Shown here in pieces: positions 38,661 to 53,043 of a DNA stretch of 64,000 bases. The notes beneath the pieces are model-generated. The model was given only the letters and a program-made list of their open reading frames with translations. It was not told the origin of the DNA and did not search any database. Made by a program: the position numbers and the translations under genes. The number at the start of each line of letters is the position of its first letter. The stretch's first letter is position 1. Origin of the DNA: Anthoceros angustus (Eukaryota > Plantae > Anthocerotophyta); contig VJWM01000204.1 of assembly GCA_010909165.1 (NCBI GenBank), positions 1-64,000 of the forward strand, in the 5' to 3' direction.

Positions 38661-39629
38661 AGGAGGATAGGACACCCCTAGCCAATCTTAAGGACAAGCA
38701 TGCAGGGAAGGCGCCTCCTCGACGCCCGAGACGAAGGCCTTGAAGATGCGTAATCCCGATTAGGAAATGGGAGGCCTAGATGCGGGTTGAGAGGACCAAG
38801 CTCAAGCGTCGTGCGGATGCCTTGCGACTCTGAGGCCGCTCTTGAGGTAAGCAATTGCATTCATGTGAGCACTTCCTCGGACAACCAAGCAAAACAAGTC
38901 TAATATGCAAATACCAATTTGTAACACTAGGAGAGTAGCTTGCGTTGTGGTTTTCCTCCCACACTCTCCCCACGAGAACAACACGCAAATTCGGCACATG
39001 GCTCTGAGTGATAGCTTTGGCCTCCTCACAACTCTCTTGCATTGCATATGTGACAAGGACAAGTTATGATGTGAGCTTGTCCTTTGTGAAAGGGTCTATA
39101 TAGATATAGCCTTGGCATTGGCATATTCCTAAGATATCCTATTGGCATCGGCATATCGGAAATATCCAAAGAATACACCATAATATGCAAGGAATATGCT
39201 AAAGCATATAACTTGTGTTTATCCACTTAGTTATTGCTAACCGTGTTTAATTAATTAATTAATGCTAGATATAAATGAATTTAACATAACCACTTCATAT
39301 TAATTAATACTAATAACTTAATGATAAGTCATTAGATTAATTAATGCTAGATAAATGAATTTAACCACTTCATATTAATTAATTAATACTAATAACTTAC
39401 TTAATGATAGGTCATTAGATTAATTAATGCTAGATATAAATGAATTTAATTAATTAATTAATTAATACTAATAACTTACTTAATGATAAGTCATTAGATT
39501 AATTAATGCTAGATATAAATGAATTTAACATAAATCAGCACTATCTCTTTCTAAAATAGATGCCAATATACCAATCGACACACTGTTGAAAATTTACCAA
39601 TTTACTAGTTGCCAATATGAAGCCCGGTA

Positions 39630-41069
39630 GTTTCTCATGGGGTATAAATAAATGAGACTTAAATCGAAGCTATCTCCGGACTCGAACTTGAAATCTTGTT
39701 ATCCATTCTTCTTGCATGTAACTTTTCATAATTCTATGATCTACTGATTTGTTAAGGTTTGTTCAATGAAGATTGATGTTCTCCTTTACGGAGGGATGAG
39801 TTTATGCATGTATATTCCTATGTGTGCTAATTCATTCTCTCTACTTGTTCTCTCTGAGGTTTCCCTAGAGGGCACGTAAATTACCCAAAGGGCGAGACCT
39901 AAACCAAAGATTTCCTCCGCCATGAACTTAAAAATCTCACATTCTTGCAAATATCTTTTAATAATCGTGTGATCTGTTGTTAAGGTATGTTCCATGAAGA
40001 TTCATGTTCTCCTTTATAGAGGGATGGGTGTATGCATGTGTATTCCGGCTGTTAACGAATTCATTCTTTCTACTTGTTCCCTGAGTTTCCCTAGAGGGCA
40101 CGTAAATTACCCAAAGGAGACCTAAACCGAAAGATTTCCTCCACCATGAACTTAAAAATCTCACATTCTTGCAAATATCTTTTAATAATCGTGTGATCTA
40201 CGGTTGTTAAGGTTTGTTCAATGAAGATTCATGTTCTCCTTTACGGAGGGATGAGTTTATGCATGTATGTTCCTATGTGTGCTAATGAATTCATTCTCTA
40301 CTTGTTCTCTGGGTTTCCCTAGAGGGCACGTAAATTACCCAAAGGAGACCTAAACCGAAAGATTCCTCCGCACCATGAACTTAAAAATCTCACATTCTTG
40401 CAAATATCTTTTAATAATCGTGATCTACTATTGTTAAGGTTTGTTCAATGAAGATTCATGTTCTCCTTTACGAGGGATGAGTTTATGCATGTATGTTCCT
40501 ATGTGTGCTAATGAATTCATTCTCTCTACTTGTTCTCTGTGTTTCCCTAGAGGGCACGAATTACCCAAAGGCGAGACCTAAACCGAAAGATTCCTCCGCA
40601 CCATGAACTTAAAAATCTCACATTCTTGCAAATATCTTTTAATAATCGTGATCTACTGTTGTTAAGGTATGTTCCATGAAGATTCATGTTCTCCTTTATA
40701 GAGGGATGGGTGTATGCATGTGTATTCCGCGTGTTAACGAATTCATTCTTTCTACTTGTTCCCCAGTTTCCTAGAGGGCACGTAAATTACCCAAAGTAGA
40801 CCTAAACCAAAGATTTCCTCCGCACCATGAACTTAAAAATCTCACATTCTTGCAAATATCTTTTAATAATCGTGTGATCTACGGTTGTTAAGGTTTGTTC
40901 AATGAAGATTCATGTTCTCCTTTATAGAGGGATGAGTTTATGCATGTATGTTCTGTGTGCTAACGAATTCATTCTCTACTTGTTCCTAGTTTCCCTAGAG
41001 GGCACGTAAATTACCCAAAGGGGCGGACCTAAACCGAAGAAATACTCCTATTTATCAATCTTTAAAATT
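39630..41069 (+). repeat. ~230-bp modules x6 (ABAABA), unit 6
   Basis: Six donors. Confidence 0.9.
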
Positions 41070-41881
41070 ATGGAGTCCACAATGAAAATTGAAGTGAGAA
41101 TGTTTGAAGAAAGATACATATGTGGAAAATGTATCGGTGAAGGAGGTTTTTCCAAAGTCTATGAATGCTATGACAAATATACGGAAAGATATTTGCCTGC
41201 AAAATTATGAAAAATCTAAAGACATAAATGATGCAATATGTAGAGATCAACACTCTTCGATCTCTTCCAAAATATTCTCATATTATTAACACAAAAGTGT
41301 TCATGAGGATATTGAACATATTTATATTGTGATGGAGCTATGTACCAATGGTACACTAAAGGATGAACTAAAAAGGGGAGCTTATTGTGAAGAGGATGCA
41401 AAAATACTTATGTTTAACCTAATGGAGGCAATCAATTTTGCCATGGCATAATGTTATGCATCGCGATTTGAAACCGCTAATATACTATTACTTAGCCGTC
41501 TCAAAGTCATACTAGCGAGACTTTGGTTTGTCCCTCCATGTCTCCAAAACGAACATGAATTATTGCAGGAGCAGAACCCCATGTTACATGGCTCGGAGGT
41601 ATTGAGTCGGAAGACGATGTAAACATAAGCTATACTTCAAAAGCCGATATTTGGAGCGCAGGAGTCATTTTGTATGAAGTTTTAACCGAAATCGTCCTTA
41701 TATAGGATATGAGTTCACGTAAAAGAAGAATGGATAACTCAATTGGACCTAGATGAGTGGCCCAACATGTCACACAGTGAAAGATCTACTACACTCAATG
41801 TTACATTTAGAACAAGAGTGTAGACCGGATGCTGTGCAAGTTCTAAACCATTCTTGGTTTTGCTCGCTATCTTATATATGA
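41070..41881 (+). CDS. Ser/Thr kinase copy (unit 6)
   Basis: Same start, stop and motifs as the other copies. Confidence 0.85.
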
Positions 41882-42384
41882 AAGATAGTAATTTTATTAT
41901 ATAAGAACTTTTATTTGTATTATATATTTTAATATAATGATTTTTATTTTAACTTTATTCATAATTTCATTAAACCACTCTTCAGGCCTCTTTCTTGTGA
42001 GAAAGTCTTCAAGCCATGCAAGCGGTCATGAAATTGATGTAGTGAAGATTGGAGTATATCGCTATGTGTTTAGCCGGTGAGTCTTTGTTTGGTCATTGTC
42101 ATAGCATGGCATAATAGCATCGGACAATTTCTTCTTCTATAGCTACGCATATTATAGTTACTAAATCGCATGTTAGAATCTTGACGGGTTCGCAAACCCC
42201 GATTTCTGCGGCTCTAAGCGGCCGCTCAACGTGCTTGTGGGACGACACCAAGGGTGTGCGAATGTTTTGAATCATGAGCCGAGCAAGGTGACGTGGCGGA
42301 GTGTGAAGATGGCGGCGCGAGAAGGAAAATTGGCATTTAGGGCGGAAACGGCTGAAGTCCCACCTTGCGGCGCCCCACGGAGAG

Positions 42385-43370
42385 AACTCCTAGCAGGCAA
42401 TGGACACCGTCAAAGAAGCCATCACACAAGAAAAGGGGGGCGGCGGCTTTATACGCCTTGATGAACTGGAGAAATCCTTGCCCATGGCCCCGTGAGTCTC
42501 GATGGCAAGGGGATGAAGGCGTGGCCCTTCTTGCATGGGCGAGTACTTGCAGAACGCTCGTTGTCGCGCATCTCTCCGCCACCCAACCCGGAGGGTTGAT
42601 GATGACGTGCTTGTGGGACGACCACACCAAGGGTGTGCGAATGTTTTGAATCATGAGCCGAGCAAGGGAGCGTGGCACGAGGCGGAGTGTGAAGATGGCG
42701 GCGAGAAGGAAAATTGGCATTTAGGGCTATTGTTGAAGTCCCACCTTGCGTAGCCCACGGAGAGAACTCCTAGCAGGCAATGGACACCGTTGCACGAAAA
42801 GAAGCCATCACACAAGAAAAGGGTGGTAGGCTTTAGCACAGCCTTGATGAACTGGAGAAATCCTTGCCCATGGCCCCGTGAGTCTCGATGGCAAGGGGAT
42901 GAAGGCGTCTTCTTGCATGGGCGAGTACTTGTGAACGTTGTTGTCGCGCATCTCCGCCACCCAACCCGGAGGGTTGATGATGGCGTCGCAGCTCGGGCAA
43001 GGTGCATACGGCCACATCCACAGGCTGAAACACTCGGCCTCGAGAACATGGCGTCATGGGGCGGCGTGATCGATGTGCTGCCCGCCTGGAGAGCGAGGGC
43101 TACGGCGCGAGTCTAAAGAGAGCGTGCCAAAGGTTGGACCAAACCAGTGAACCTCATCGGTAGAAAAGAAGCGTGCGACTCAAATACCTTGATGCAAGGT
43201 CGGGCTAGAAGCCATGAACTGCCCTTCCCGAGCAAGGCGGAGGAAGCTCAGCTGGTGAATGGAGGAATCGAGGAGCAAAGCCACGCGTGCCATACAAGTT
43301 TCTTCTCATGGAGGAGGCCAAAGCCCCAGCCGTCCGCGAGAACGAATCGGCATGACCGCCTAGCCTCGGA
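42385..43370 (-). mobile_element. CRE-like remnant, unit 6, with a ~380-bp internal duplication
   Basis: AIETHGAMGKDF occurs twice (~42480 and ~42870). Confidence 0.72.
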
Positions 43371-44339
43371 GGATAGGACACCTAGCCAATCTTGGGACAA
43401 GCATGCAAGGGGCGCCTCGACGCCCGAGACGAAGGCCTTGAAGATGCGGTAATCCCTGTGGGATTAGGAAATGGAGGCCTAGATGCGGGTTGAGAGGACC
43501 AAGCTCAAGCGTCGTGCCGGATGCCTTGCGGGCGCACTCTAGGGGCCGCTCTTGAGGTAAGCAATTGCATTCATGTGAGCACTTCCTCAACGGACAACCA
43601 AGCAAAACAAGTCTAATATGCAAATACCAATTTGTAACACTAGGAGAGAGTAGCACGCGTTGTGGTTTTCCTCCCACACCTCCCACGAGAACAACACGCA
43701 AAATGTGGCACATGGCTCTGAGTGATGGCTTTGGCCTCCTCACAACTCTCTTGCATTGCATATGTAGAGGACAAGTTATGATGTGAGCTTGTCCTTTGTG
43801 AAAGGGTCTATATAGATATACTAGGCCTTGGCATTGGCATATTCCTAAGATATCCTATTGGCATCAGATATGCGAAATATCCAAAGAATACACCATAATA
43901 TGCAATAATATGCTAAAGCATATAACTTGTGTTTATCCACTTAGTTATTGCTAACCGTGTTTAATTAATGTCGATGCTTAATTAACATAACCACTTATAT
44001 TAATTAATTAATACTAATTACTTACTTAATGATAAGTCATTAGATTAATTAATGCTAGATATAAATGAATTTAACCACTTATATTAATTAATTAATACTA
44101 ATAACTTACTTAATGATAGTCATTAGATTAATTAATGCTAGATATAAATGAATTTAACCACTTTAATTAATTAATACTAATTACTTACTTAATGATAAGT
44201 CATTAGATTAATTAATGCTAGATATAAATGAATTTAACATAAATCAGCACTATCTCTTTCTAAAATAGATGCCAATATACCAATCGACACACGTAGTTGA
44301 AAATTTACCAATTTACTAGTTGCCAATATGAAGCCCGGT

Positions 44340-46427
44340 AGTTTCTCATGGGGTATAAATGGGCGAGACTTAAATGCTGCTCGACTACGAACTTCAAATC
44401 TTGTTATCCATTCTTCTTGCATGTAACTTTTCATAATTCTATGATCTACTACGGTTATTAAGGTTTGTTCAATGAAGATTGATGTTCTCCTTTACGAGGG
44501 ATGAGTTTATGCATGTATATTCCTATGTGTGCTAACGAATTCATTCTCTCTACTTGTTCTCTCTGTTTCCTAGAGGGCACGTAATTACCCAAAGGGCTAG
44601 ACCTAAACCAAAGATTTCCTCCGCCATGAACTTAAAAATCTCACATTCTTGCAAATATCTTTTAATAATCGTGTGATCTACTTGTTAAGGTATGTTCCAT
44701 GAAGATTCATGTTCTCCTTTATAGAGGATGGGTGTATGCATGTGTATTCCTATGTGTGCTAACTAATTCATTCTTTCTACTTGTTCCCTCTGGTTTTCCT
44801 AGAGGGCACGTGAATTACCCAAAGGGCGAGACCTAAACCGAAAGATTTCCTCCGCACCATGAACTTAAAAATCTCACATTCTTGCAAATATCTTTTAATA
44901 ATCGTGTGATCTACGTTGTTAAGGTTTGTTCAATGAAGATTCATGTTCTCCTTTACGGAGGGATGAGTTTATGCATGTATTCCTATGTGTGCTAACGAAT
45001 TCATTCTCTACTTGTTCTCACAGTTTCCTAGAGGGCACGAATTACCCAAAGGGCGAGACCTAAACCAAAGATTCCTCCGACCATGAACTTAAAAATCTCA
45101 CATTCTTGCAAATATCTTTTAATAATCGTGTGATCATTTTGTTAAGGTATGTTCCATGAAGATTCATGTTCTCCTTTATAGAGGATGGGTGTATGCATGT
45201 ATTAGTTATCTAATTCATTCTTTCTACTTGTTCTCACAGGTTTCCTAGAGGGCACGAATTACCCAAAGGGCGAGACCTAAACCAAAGATTTCCTCCGACC
45301 ATGAACTTAAAAATCTCACATTCTTGCAAATATCTTTTAATAATCGTGTGATCTACGGTTGTTAAGGTTTGTTCAATGAAGATTCATGTTCTCCTTTATA
45401 GAGGGATGAGTTTATGCATGTATGTTCCTGTGTGCTAACGAATTCATTCTCTCTACTTGTTCTCTCAGTTTCTAGAGGCGTAAATTACCCAAAAGACCTA
45501 AACCGAAAGATTTCCTCCGCCATGAACTTAAAAATCTCACATTCTTGCAAATATCTTTTAATAATCGTGATCTACGGTTGTTAAGGTATGTTCCATGAAG
45601 ATTCATGTTCTCCTTTATAGAGGGATGGTGTATGCATGTGTATTCCGGTAACTAATTCATTCTTTCTACTTGTTCCCTCTGAGGTTTCCTAGAGGGCACG
45701 AATTACCCAAAGGCGAGACCTAAACCGAAAGATTTCCTCCGCACCATGAACTTAAAAATCTCACATTCTTGCAAATATCTTTTAATAATCGTGTGATCTA
45801 CGTTGTTAAGGTTTGTTCAATGAAGATTCATGTTCTCCTTAGAGGGATGAGTTTATGCATGTATATTCCTATGTGTGCTAATGAATTCATTCTCTCTACT
45901 TGTTCTCTCTAGTTTCCTAGAGGCACGTAAATTACCCAAAGGGCGAGACCTAAACCGAAAGATTTACAACCATGAACTTAAAAATCTCACATTCTTGCAA
46001 ATATCTTTTAATAATCGTGTGATCTACGTTGTTAAGGTATGTTCCATGAAGATTCATGTCTCCTTTATAGAGGGATGGGTGTATGCATGTATATTGTGAT
46101 TCATTCTTTCTACTTGTTCCCTGGTTTCCTAGAGGGCACGTAAATTACCCAAAGGCGAGACCTAAACCGAAAGATTTCCTCCGCACCATGAACTTAAAAA
46201 TCTCACATTCTTGCAAATATCTTTTAATAATCGTGTGATCTCGGTTGTTAAGGTTTGTTCAATGAAGATTCATGTTCTCCTTTATAGAGGGATGAGTTTA
46301 TGCATGTATGTTCCTGTGTGCTAACGAATTCATTCTCTACTTGTTTGAGGTTTCCTAGAGGCGTAAATTACCCAAAGGCGAGACCTAAACCGAAAGAAAT
46401 ACTCCTATTTATCAATCTTTTAAAATT
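44340..46427 (+). repeat. ~230-bp modules x9, unit 7
   Basis: Nine donors in strict A/B alternation. Confidence 0.9.
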
Positions 46428-47232
46428 ATGGAGTCCACAATGAAAATTGAAGAAGAATGTTTGAAGAAAGATACATATGTGGAAAATGTATCGGTGAAGG
46501 AGGTTTTTCCAAAGTCTATGAATGCTATGACAAATATATGGGAAAGATATTTTGCCCAAAATTATGAAAAATCTAAAGACATAAATGATGCAATATGTAG
46601 AGATCAACACTCTTGATCTCTTCCAAAATATTCTCATATTATTAACACAAAAGTGTTCATGAGGATATTGAACATATTTATATTGTGATGGAGCTATGTA
46701 CCAATGGTACACTAAAGGATGAACTAAAAAGGGGAGCTTATTGTGAAGAGGATGCAAAATACTTATGTTTAACCTAATGGAGGCAATCAATTTTGCCACA
46801 GGCATAATGTTATGCATCGCGATTTGAAATAGGTAATATACTATTACTTAGCCGTCTCAAAGTCATACTAGCGAGACTTTGGTTTTATACTTCCATGTCT
46901 CCAAACGAACATGAATTATTATGCGGGGCTGCGAACCCCATGTTACATGGCTCGAGGTATTGGAGTCGGACGATGTAAACATAAGCTATACTTCAAAAGC
47001 CGATATTTGGAGCCAGTCATTTTGTATGAAGTTTTAACCTAAATCGTCCTTATATAGGATATGAGTTCTAACGTAAAAGAAGAATGGATAACTCAATTGG
47101 ACCTAGATGAGTGGCCCAACATGTCACGAATGAAAGATCTACTACACTCAATGTTACATTTAGAACAAGAGTGTACCGGATTTGTGACAAGTTCTAAACC
47201 ATTCTTGGTTTTGCTCGCTATCTTATATATGA
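46428..47232 (+). CDS. Ser/Thr kinase copy (unit 7)
   Basis: ORF track start MESTMKIE at 46428; same stop context. Confidence 0.85.
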
Positions 47233-47729
47233 AGATAGTAATTTTATTATATAAGAACTTTTATTTGTATTATATATTTTAATATAATGATTTTTATTTT
47301 AACTTTATTCATAATTTCATTAAACCACTCTTGGGGCTCTTTCTTGTGAAAGTCTTCAAGCCATCTGCGGCGCATGAAAATTGATGTAGTGAAGCTAAGA
47401 TTGGAGTATATCGCTATGTGTTTAGCCTTGAGTGTCTTTTGGTCATTGTCATAGCATGGCATAATAGCATCGGACAATTTCTTCTTCTATAGCTACGCAT
47501 ATTATAGTTACTAAATCGCATGTTAGAATCTTGACGGGTTCGCAAACCCCGATCTGCGGCTCTAAGCGCTCACGTGTTTGGACGACCACACCAAGGGTGT
47601 GCGAATGTTTTGAATCATGAGCGAGCAAGTGAGCGTGGCGGAGTGTGAAGATGGCGGCGTCGAGAAGGAAAATTGGCATTTAGGGCTGGAAACTATTGTT
47701 GAAGTCCCACCTTGCGAGCCGTCCACGAG

Positions 47730-49210
47730 AACTCCCCACCAGGCAATGGACACCCGTGCAGAAGCCATCACACAAAAGCATGGTAGGCTTTAGCACAGCC
47801 TTGATGAACTGGAGAAATCCTTGCCCATGGCCCCGTGAGTCTCGATGGCAAGGGGATGAAGGCGTGGCCCTTCTTGCATGGGCGAGTACTTGTGAGCTCG
47901 TTGTCGCGCATCTCCGCCACCCAACCCGGAGGGTTGATGATGGCGTGCTGCGCGGTGTCCCTGTCCCCATTACGGCCACATCCACACGACACGGTCCCCT
48001 CGTGAGAACATGGCGTCGCGGACGGGCGTGATGCGTGGCAATGCGCTGCCCGTTGGAGAGCGAGGGCTACGTGACAGTCTAAAGAGAGCAAAGGTTGGAC
48101 CAAACCAGGCGGAACCTCATTCGGTAGAAAAAGAAGCCGACTCGAAATACCTTGATGCAAGGTCGGGCTAGAAGCCATGAACACGCTCCCTTCCCGAGCA
48201 AGAGCGGGCGAGCTCGGAGTCAAGGAATGGAGGAATCGAGGAGCAAAGCCATGCAAGCGATCATGAAATTGATGTAGTGAAGCTAAGATTGGAGTATATC
48301 GCTATGTGTTTAGCTGAGTGCGTTTTGGTCATTGTCATAGCATGGCATAATAGCATCGGACAATTTCTTCTTCTATAGCTACGATATTATAGTTACTAAA
48401 TCGCATGTTAGAATCTTGACGGGTTCGCAAACCCCGATTCTGCTCTAAGCACTCAACGTGCTAGGGGCGACCACACCAAGGGTGTGCGAATGTTTTGAAT
48501 CATGAGCCGAGCAAGGTGACGTGGCTGGCGGAGTGTGAAGATGGCGCGCGAGAAGGAAAATTGGCATTTAGGGGGCATTGTTGAAGTCCCACCTTGCGCC
48601 ACGAGAGAACTCCTAGCTGCGGCAATGGACACCCGTTGCTGAAAAATCACACAAGAAAAGGGGGGGCGGCTTGGTAGGCTTTAGCACAGCCTTGATGAAC
48701 TGGAGAAATCCTTGCCCATGGCCCCGTGAGTCTCGATGGCAAGGGGATGAAGGCGTGGCCCTTCTTGCATGGGCGAGTACTTGTGAGCTCGTTGTCGCGC
48801 ATCTCCGCCACCCAACCCGGAGGGTTGATGATGGCGTGCTGCGCAGTCGGGCAAGGTGCATTGCACCCACATCTGGCACTGGTCCCCTCGCCGAGAACAT
48901 GGCGTCGCGGCGTGATGCGTGGCAATGCGCTGCCCGTTGGAGAGCGAGGGCTACGTGACAGTCTAAAGAGAGCCAAAGGTTGGACCAAACCAAAGTGAAC
49001 CTCATGTAGAAAAAGAAGCCGGGCACTCGAAATACCTTGATGCAAGGTCGGGCTAGAAGCCATGAACACTGCTCCTTCCCGAGCAAAACAGAGAGGCGAG
49101 CTCTGGTCAAGGAATGGAGGAATCGAGGAGCAAAGCCAGCGTGCCCATACAAGTTTCTTCTCATGGAGGCCAAAAACGGCCGTCTGAGCGAGGGCCGATG
49201 ACCGCCCTAG
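47730..49210 (-). mobile_element. CRE-like remnant, unit 7, within a ~890-bp duplication (two copies)
   Basis: Copies at ~47730-48250 and ~48600-49210. Confidence 0.72.
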
Positions 49211-50269
49211 CCTCGGGAGGATAGGACACTAGCCAATCTTAAGGACAAGCATGCAAGGGAAGGCGCCTCCTCGGCCGAGGGCGAAGGCCTTGAAGATGCG
49301 GTAATCCCTGTGGGATTAGGAAATGGGAGGCCTAGATGCGGGTTGAGAGGACCAAGCTCGTTGCGGATGCCTTGCGGCGCACTCTAAGGGGCTCTTGGGC
49401 GGTAAGCAATTGCATTCATGTGAGCACTTCCTCAACGGACAACCAAGCAAAACAAGTCTAATATGCAAATACCAATTTGTAACACTAGGAGAGAGTAGCT
49501 TGCGTTGTGGTTTTCCTCCCACACTCTCCCCACGAGAACAACACGCAAATCGGCATGGCTCTGCGTGATAGCTTTGGCCTCCTCACAACTCTCTTGCAGT
49601 ATATGTAGAGGACAAGGACAAGTTATGATGTGAGCTTGTCCTTTGTGAAAGGGTCTATATAGATATACTAGGCCGCATTGGCATATTCCTAAGATATCCT
49701 ATGGCGGATAGGAAATATCCAAAGAATACACCATAATATGCAAGGAATATGCTAAAGCATATAACTTGTGTTTATCCACTTAGTTATTGCTAACCGTGTT
49801 TAATTAAGAATGATGCTTAATTAACATAACCACTTATATTAATTAATTAATACTAATAACTTACTTAATGATAAGTCATTAGATTAATTAATGCTAGATA
49901 TAAATGAATTTAACCACTATATTAATTAATTAATACTAATACTTACTTAATGATAAGTCATTAGATTAATTAATGCTAGATATAAATGAATTTAACCACT
50001 TCATATTAATTAATTAATACTAATACTTACTTAATGATAAGTCATTAGATTAATTAATGCTAGATATAAATGAATTTAACCACTTCATATTAATTAATTA
50101 ATACTAATTACTTACTTAATGATAAGTCATTAGATTAATTAATGCTAGATATAAATGAATTTAACATAAATCAGCAGCACTATCTCTTTCTAAAATAGAT
50201 GCCAATATACCAATCGACACACAGCCGTTGAAAATTTACCAATTTACTAGTTGCCAATATGAAGCCCGT

Positions 50270-52232
50270 AGTTTCTCATGGGGTATAAATGGGCGAGACT
50301 TAAAATCGCTCGGACTCGAACTTCAAATCTTGTTATCCATTCTTCTTGCATGTAACTTTTCATAATTCTATGATCTACTGATTGTTAAGGTTTGTTCAAT
50401 GAAGATTGATGTTCTCCTTCAGAGGGATGAGTTTATGCATGTATATTCCTATGTGTGCTACGAATTCATTCTCTCTACTTGTTCTCTGAGTTTCCCTAGA
50501 GGGCACGTAATTACCCAAAGGCGAGACCTAAACCGAAAGATTTCCTCCCATGAACTTAAAAATCTCACATTCTTGCAAATATCTTTTAATAATCGTGTGA
50601 TCTACGGTTGTTAAGGTATGTTCCATGAAGATTCATGTTCTCCTTTATAGAGGGATGGGTGTATGCATGTGTATTCAGTGTTAATTCATTCTTTCTACTT
50701 GTTCCCTCGGGTTTCCTAGAGGGCACGAATTACCCAAAGGCGAGACCTAAACCGAAAGATTTCCTCGCACCATGAACTTAAAAATCTCACATTCTTGCAA
50801 ATATCTTTTAATAATCGTGTGATCTACTTGTTAAGGTTTGTTCAATGAAGATTCATGTTCTCCTTTATAGAGGGATGAGTTTATGCATGTATATTCCTAT
50901 GTGTGCTAACGATTCATTCTCTCTACTTGTTCCTATGAGGTTTCCCTAGAGGGCACGGTACCCAAAGGCGAGACCTAAACCGAAGATTTCCTCCGCACCA
51001 TGAACTTAAAAATCTCACATTCTTGCAAATATCTTTTAATAATCGTGATCTACTTGTTAAGGTTTGTTCATGAAGATTCATGTTCTCCTTTATAGAGGAT
51101 GAGTTTATGCATGTATACGTGTGGAAGAATTCATTCTCTCTACTTGTTCCTAGTTTCTAGAACGTAAATTACCCAAAGGGGACCTAAACCGAAGAAATAC
51201 TCCTATTTATCAATCTTTTAAAATTATGGAGTCCACAATGAAAATTGAAGTGAGAATGTTTGAAGAAAGATACATATGTGGAAAATGTATCGGTGAAGGA
51301 GGTTTTTCCAAAGTCTATGAATGCTATGACAAATATACGGAAAGATATTTGCCTGCAAAATTATGATCTACTATTGTTAAGGTTTGTTCAATGAAGATTG
51401 ATGTTCTCCTTACGGAGGGATGAGTTTATGCATGTATATTATTATGTGCTTCGAATTCATTCTCTCTACTTGTTCTCTGAGTTTCCCTAGAGGGCACGTA
51501 AATTACCCAAAGGCGAGACCTAAACCGAAAGATTTCCTCCGCCATGAACTTAAAAATCTCACATTCTTGCAAATATCTTTTAATAATCGTGTGATCTAAG
51601 TTAAGGTATGTTCCATGAAGATTCATGTTCTCCTTTATAGAGGGATGGGTGTATGCATGTGTATTCGGCGTGTTGAATTCATTCTTTCTACTTGTTCCCC
51701 TGGGTTTCCTAGAGGGCACGTAAATTACCCAAAGGCGAGACCTAAACCGAAAGATTTCCTCCCCACCATGAACTTAAAAATCTCACATTCTTGCAAATAT
51801 CTTTTAATAATCGTGATCTACTGATTGTTAAGGTTTGTTCAATGAAGATTCATGTTCTCCTTTATAGAGGGATGAGTTTATGCATGTATGTTCCTATGTG
51901 CTAACGAATTCATTCTCTCTACTTGTTCTCTGAGTTTCCCTAGAGGCACGTAAATTACCCAAAGGCGAGACCTAAACCAAAGATTTCCTCCGCACCATGA
52001 ACTTAAAAATCTCACATTCTTGCAAATATCTTTTAATAATCGTGTGATCTACTATTGTTGAGGTATGTTCCATGAAGATTCATGTTCTCCTTTATAGAGG
52101 ATGAGTTTATGCATGTATGTGTGCTAACGATTCATTCTTTCTACTTGTTCCTGGGTTTCCCTAGAGGGCACGTAAATTACCCAAAGGGACCTAAACCAAA
52201 GAAATACTCCTATTTATCAATCTTTTAAAATT
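50270..52232 (+). repeat. ~230-bp modules 4+4, split by a kinase 5' fragment, unit 8
   Basis: Four donors before 51226 and four after 51367. Confidence 0.85.
51226..51366 (+). pseudogene. 5' fragment of kinase joined back to the first 230-bp module
   Basis: ...GCAAAATTATGA then TCTACTATTGTTAAGGTTTG with the first-module variant AAGATTGATG. Confidence 0.75.
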
Positions 52233-53043
52233 ATGGAGTCCACAATGAAAATTGAAGTGAGAATGTTTGAAGAAAGATACATATGGAAAATGTATCGGTG
52301 AGGTTTTTCCAAAGTCTATGAATGCTATGACAAATGCGGAAAGATATTTGCCTGCAAAATTATGAAAAATCTAAAGACATAAATGATGCAATATGTAGAG
52401 AGATCAACACTCTTGATCTCTTCCAAAATATTCTCATATTATTAACACAAAAAGTGTTCATGAGGATATTGAACATATTTATATTGTGATGGAGCTATGT
52501 ACCAATGGTACACTAAAGGATGAACTAAAAAGGGGAGCTTATTGTGAAGAGGATGCAAAAATACTTATGTTTAACCTAATGGAGGCAATCAATTTTGCCA
52601 TGGCATAATGTTATGCATCGCGATTTGAAACCGCTAATATACTATTACTTAGCCGCCTCAAAGTCATACTAGCGAGACTTTGGTTTGTCTTCCATGTCTC
52701 CAAAACGAACATGAATTATTGTATGCAGAACCCCATGTTACATGGCTCGGAGGTATTGGAGTCGGAAGACGATGTAAACATAAGCTATACTTCAGAAGCC
52801 GATATTTGGAGCGCAGGAGTCATTTTGTATGAAGTTTTAACCGAAAATCGTCCTTACATAGGATATGAGTTCGACGCCGAAAAAGAAGAATGGATAACTC
52901 AATTGGACCTAGATGAGTGGCCCAACATCTCACACGAAGTGAAAGATCTACTACACTCAATGTTACATTTAGAACAAGAGTGTAGACCGGATGCGCAGCA
53001 AGTTCTAAACCATTCTTGGTTTTGCTCGCTATCTTATATATGA
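52233..53043 (+). CDS. Ser/Thr kinase copy (unit 8)
   Basis: C-lobe open in one frame: EVLESEDDVNISYTSEADIWSAGVILYEVLT..RPDAQQVLNHSWFCSLSYI*. Confidence 0.88.
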
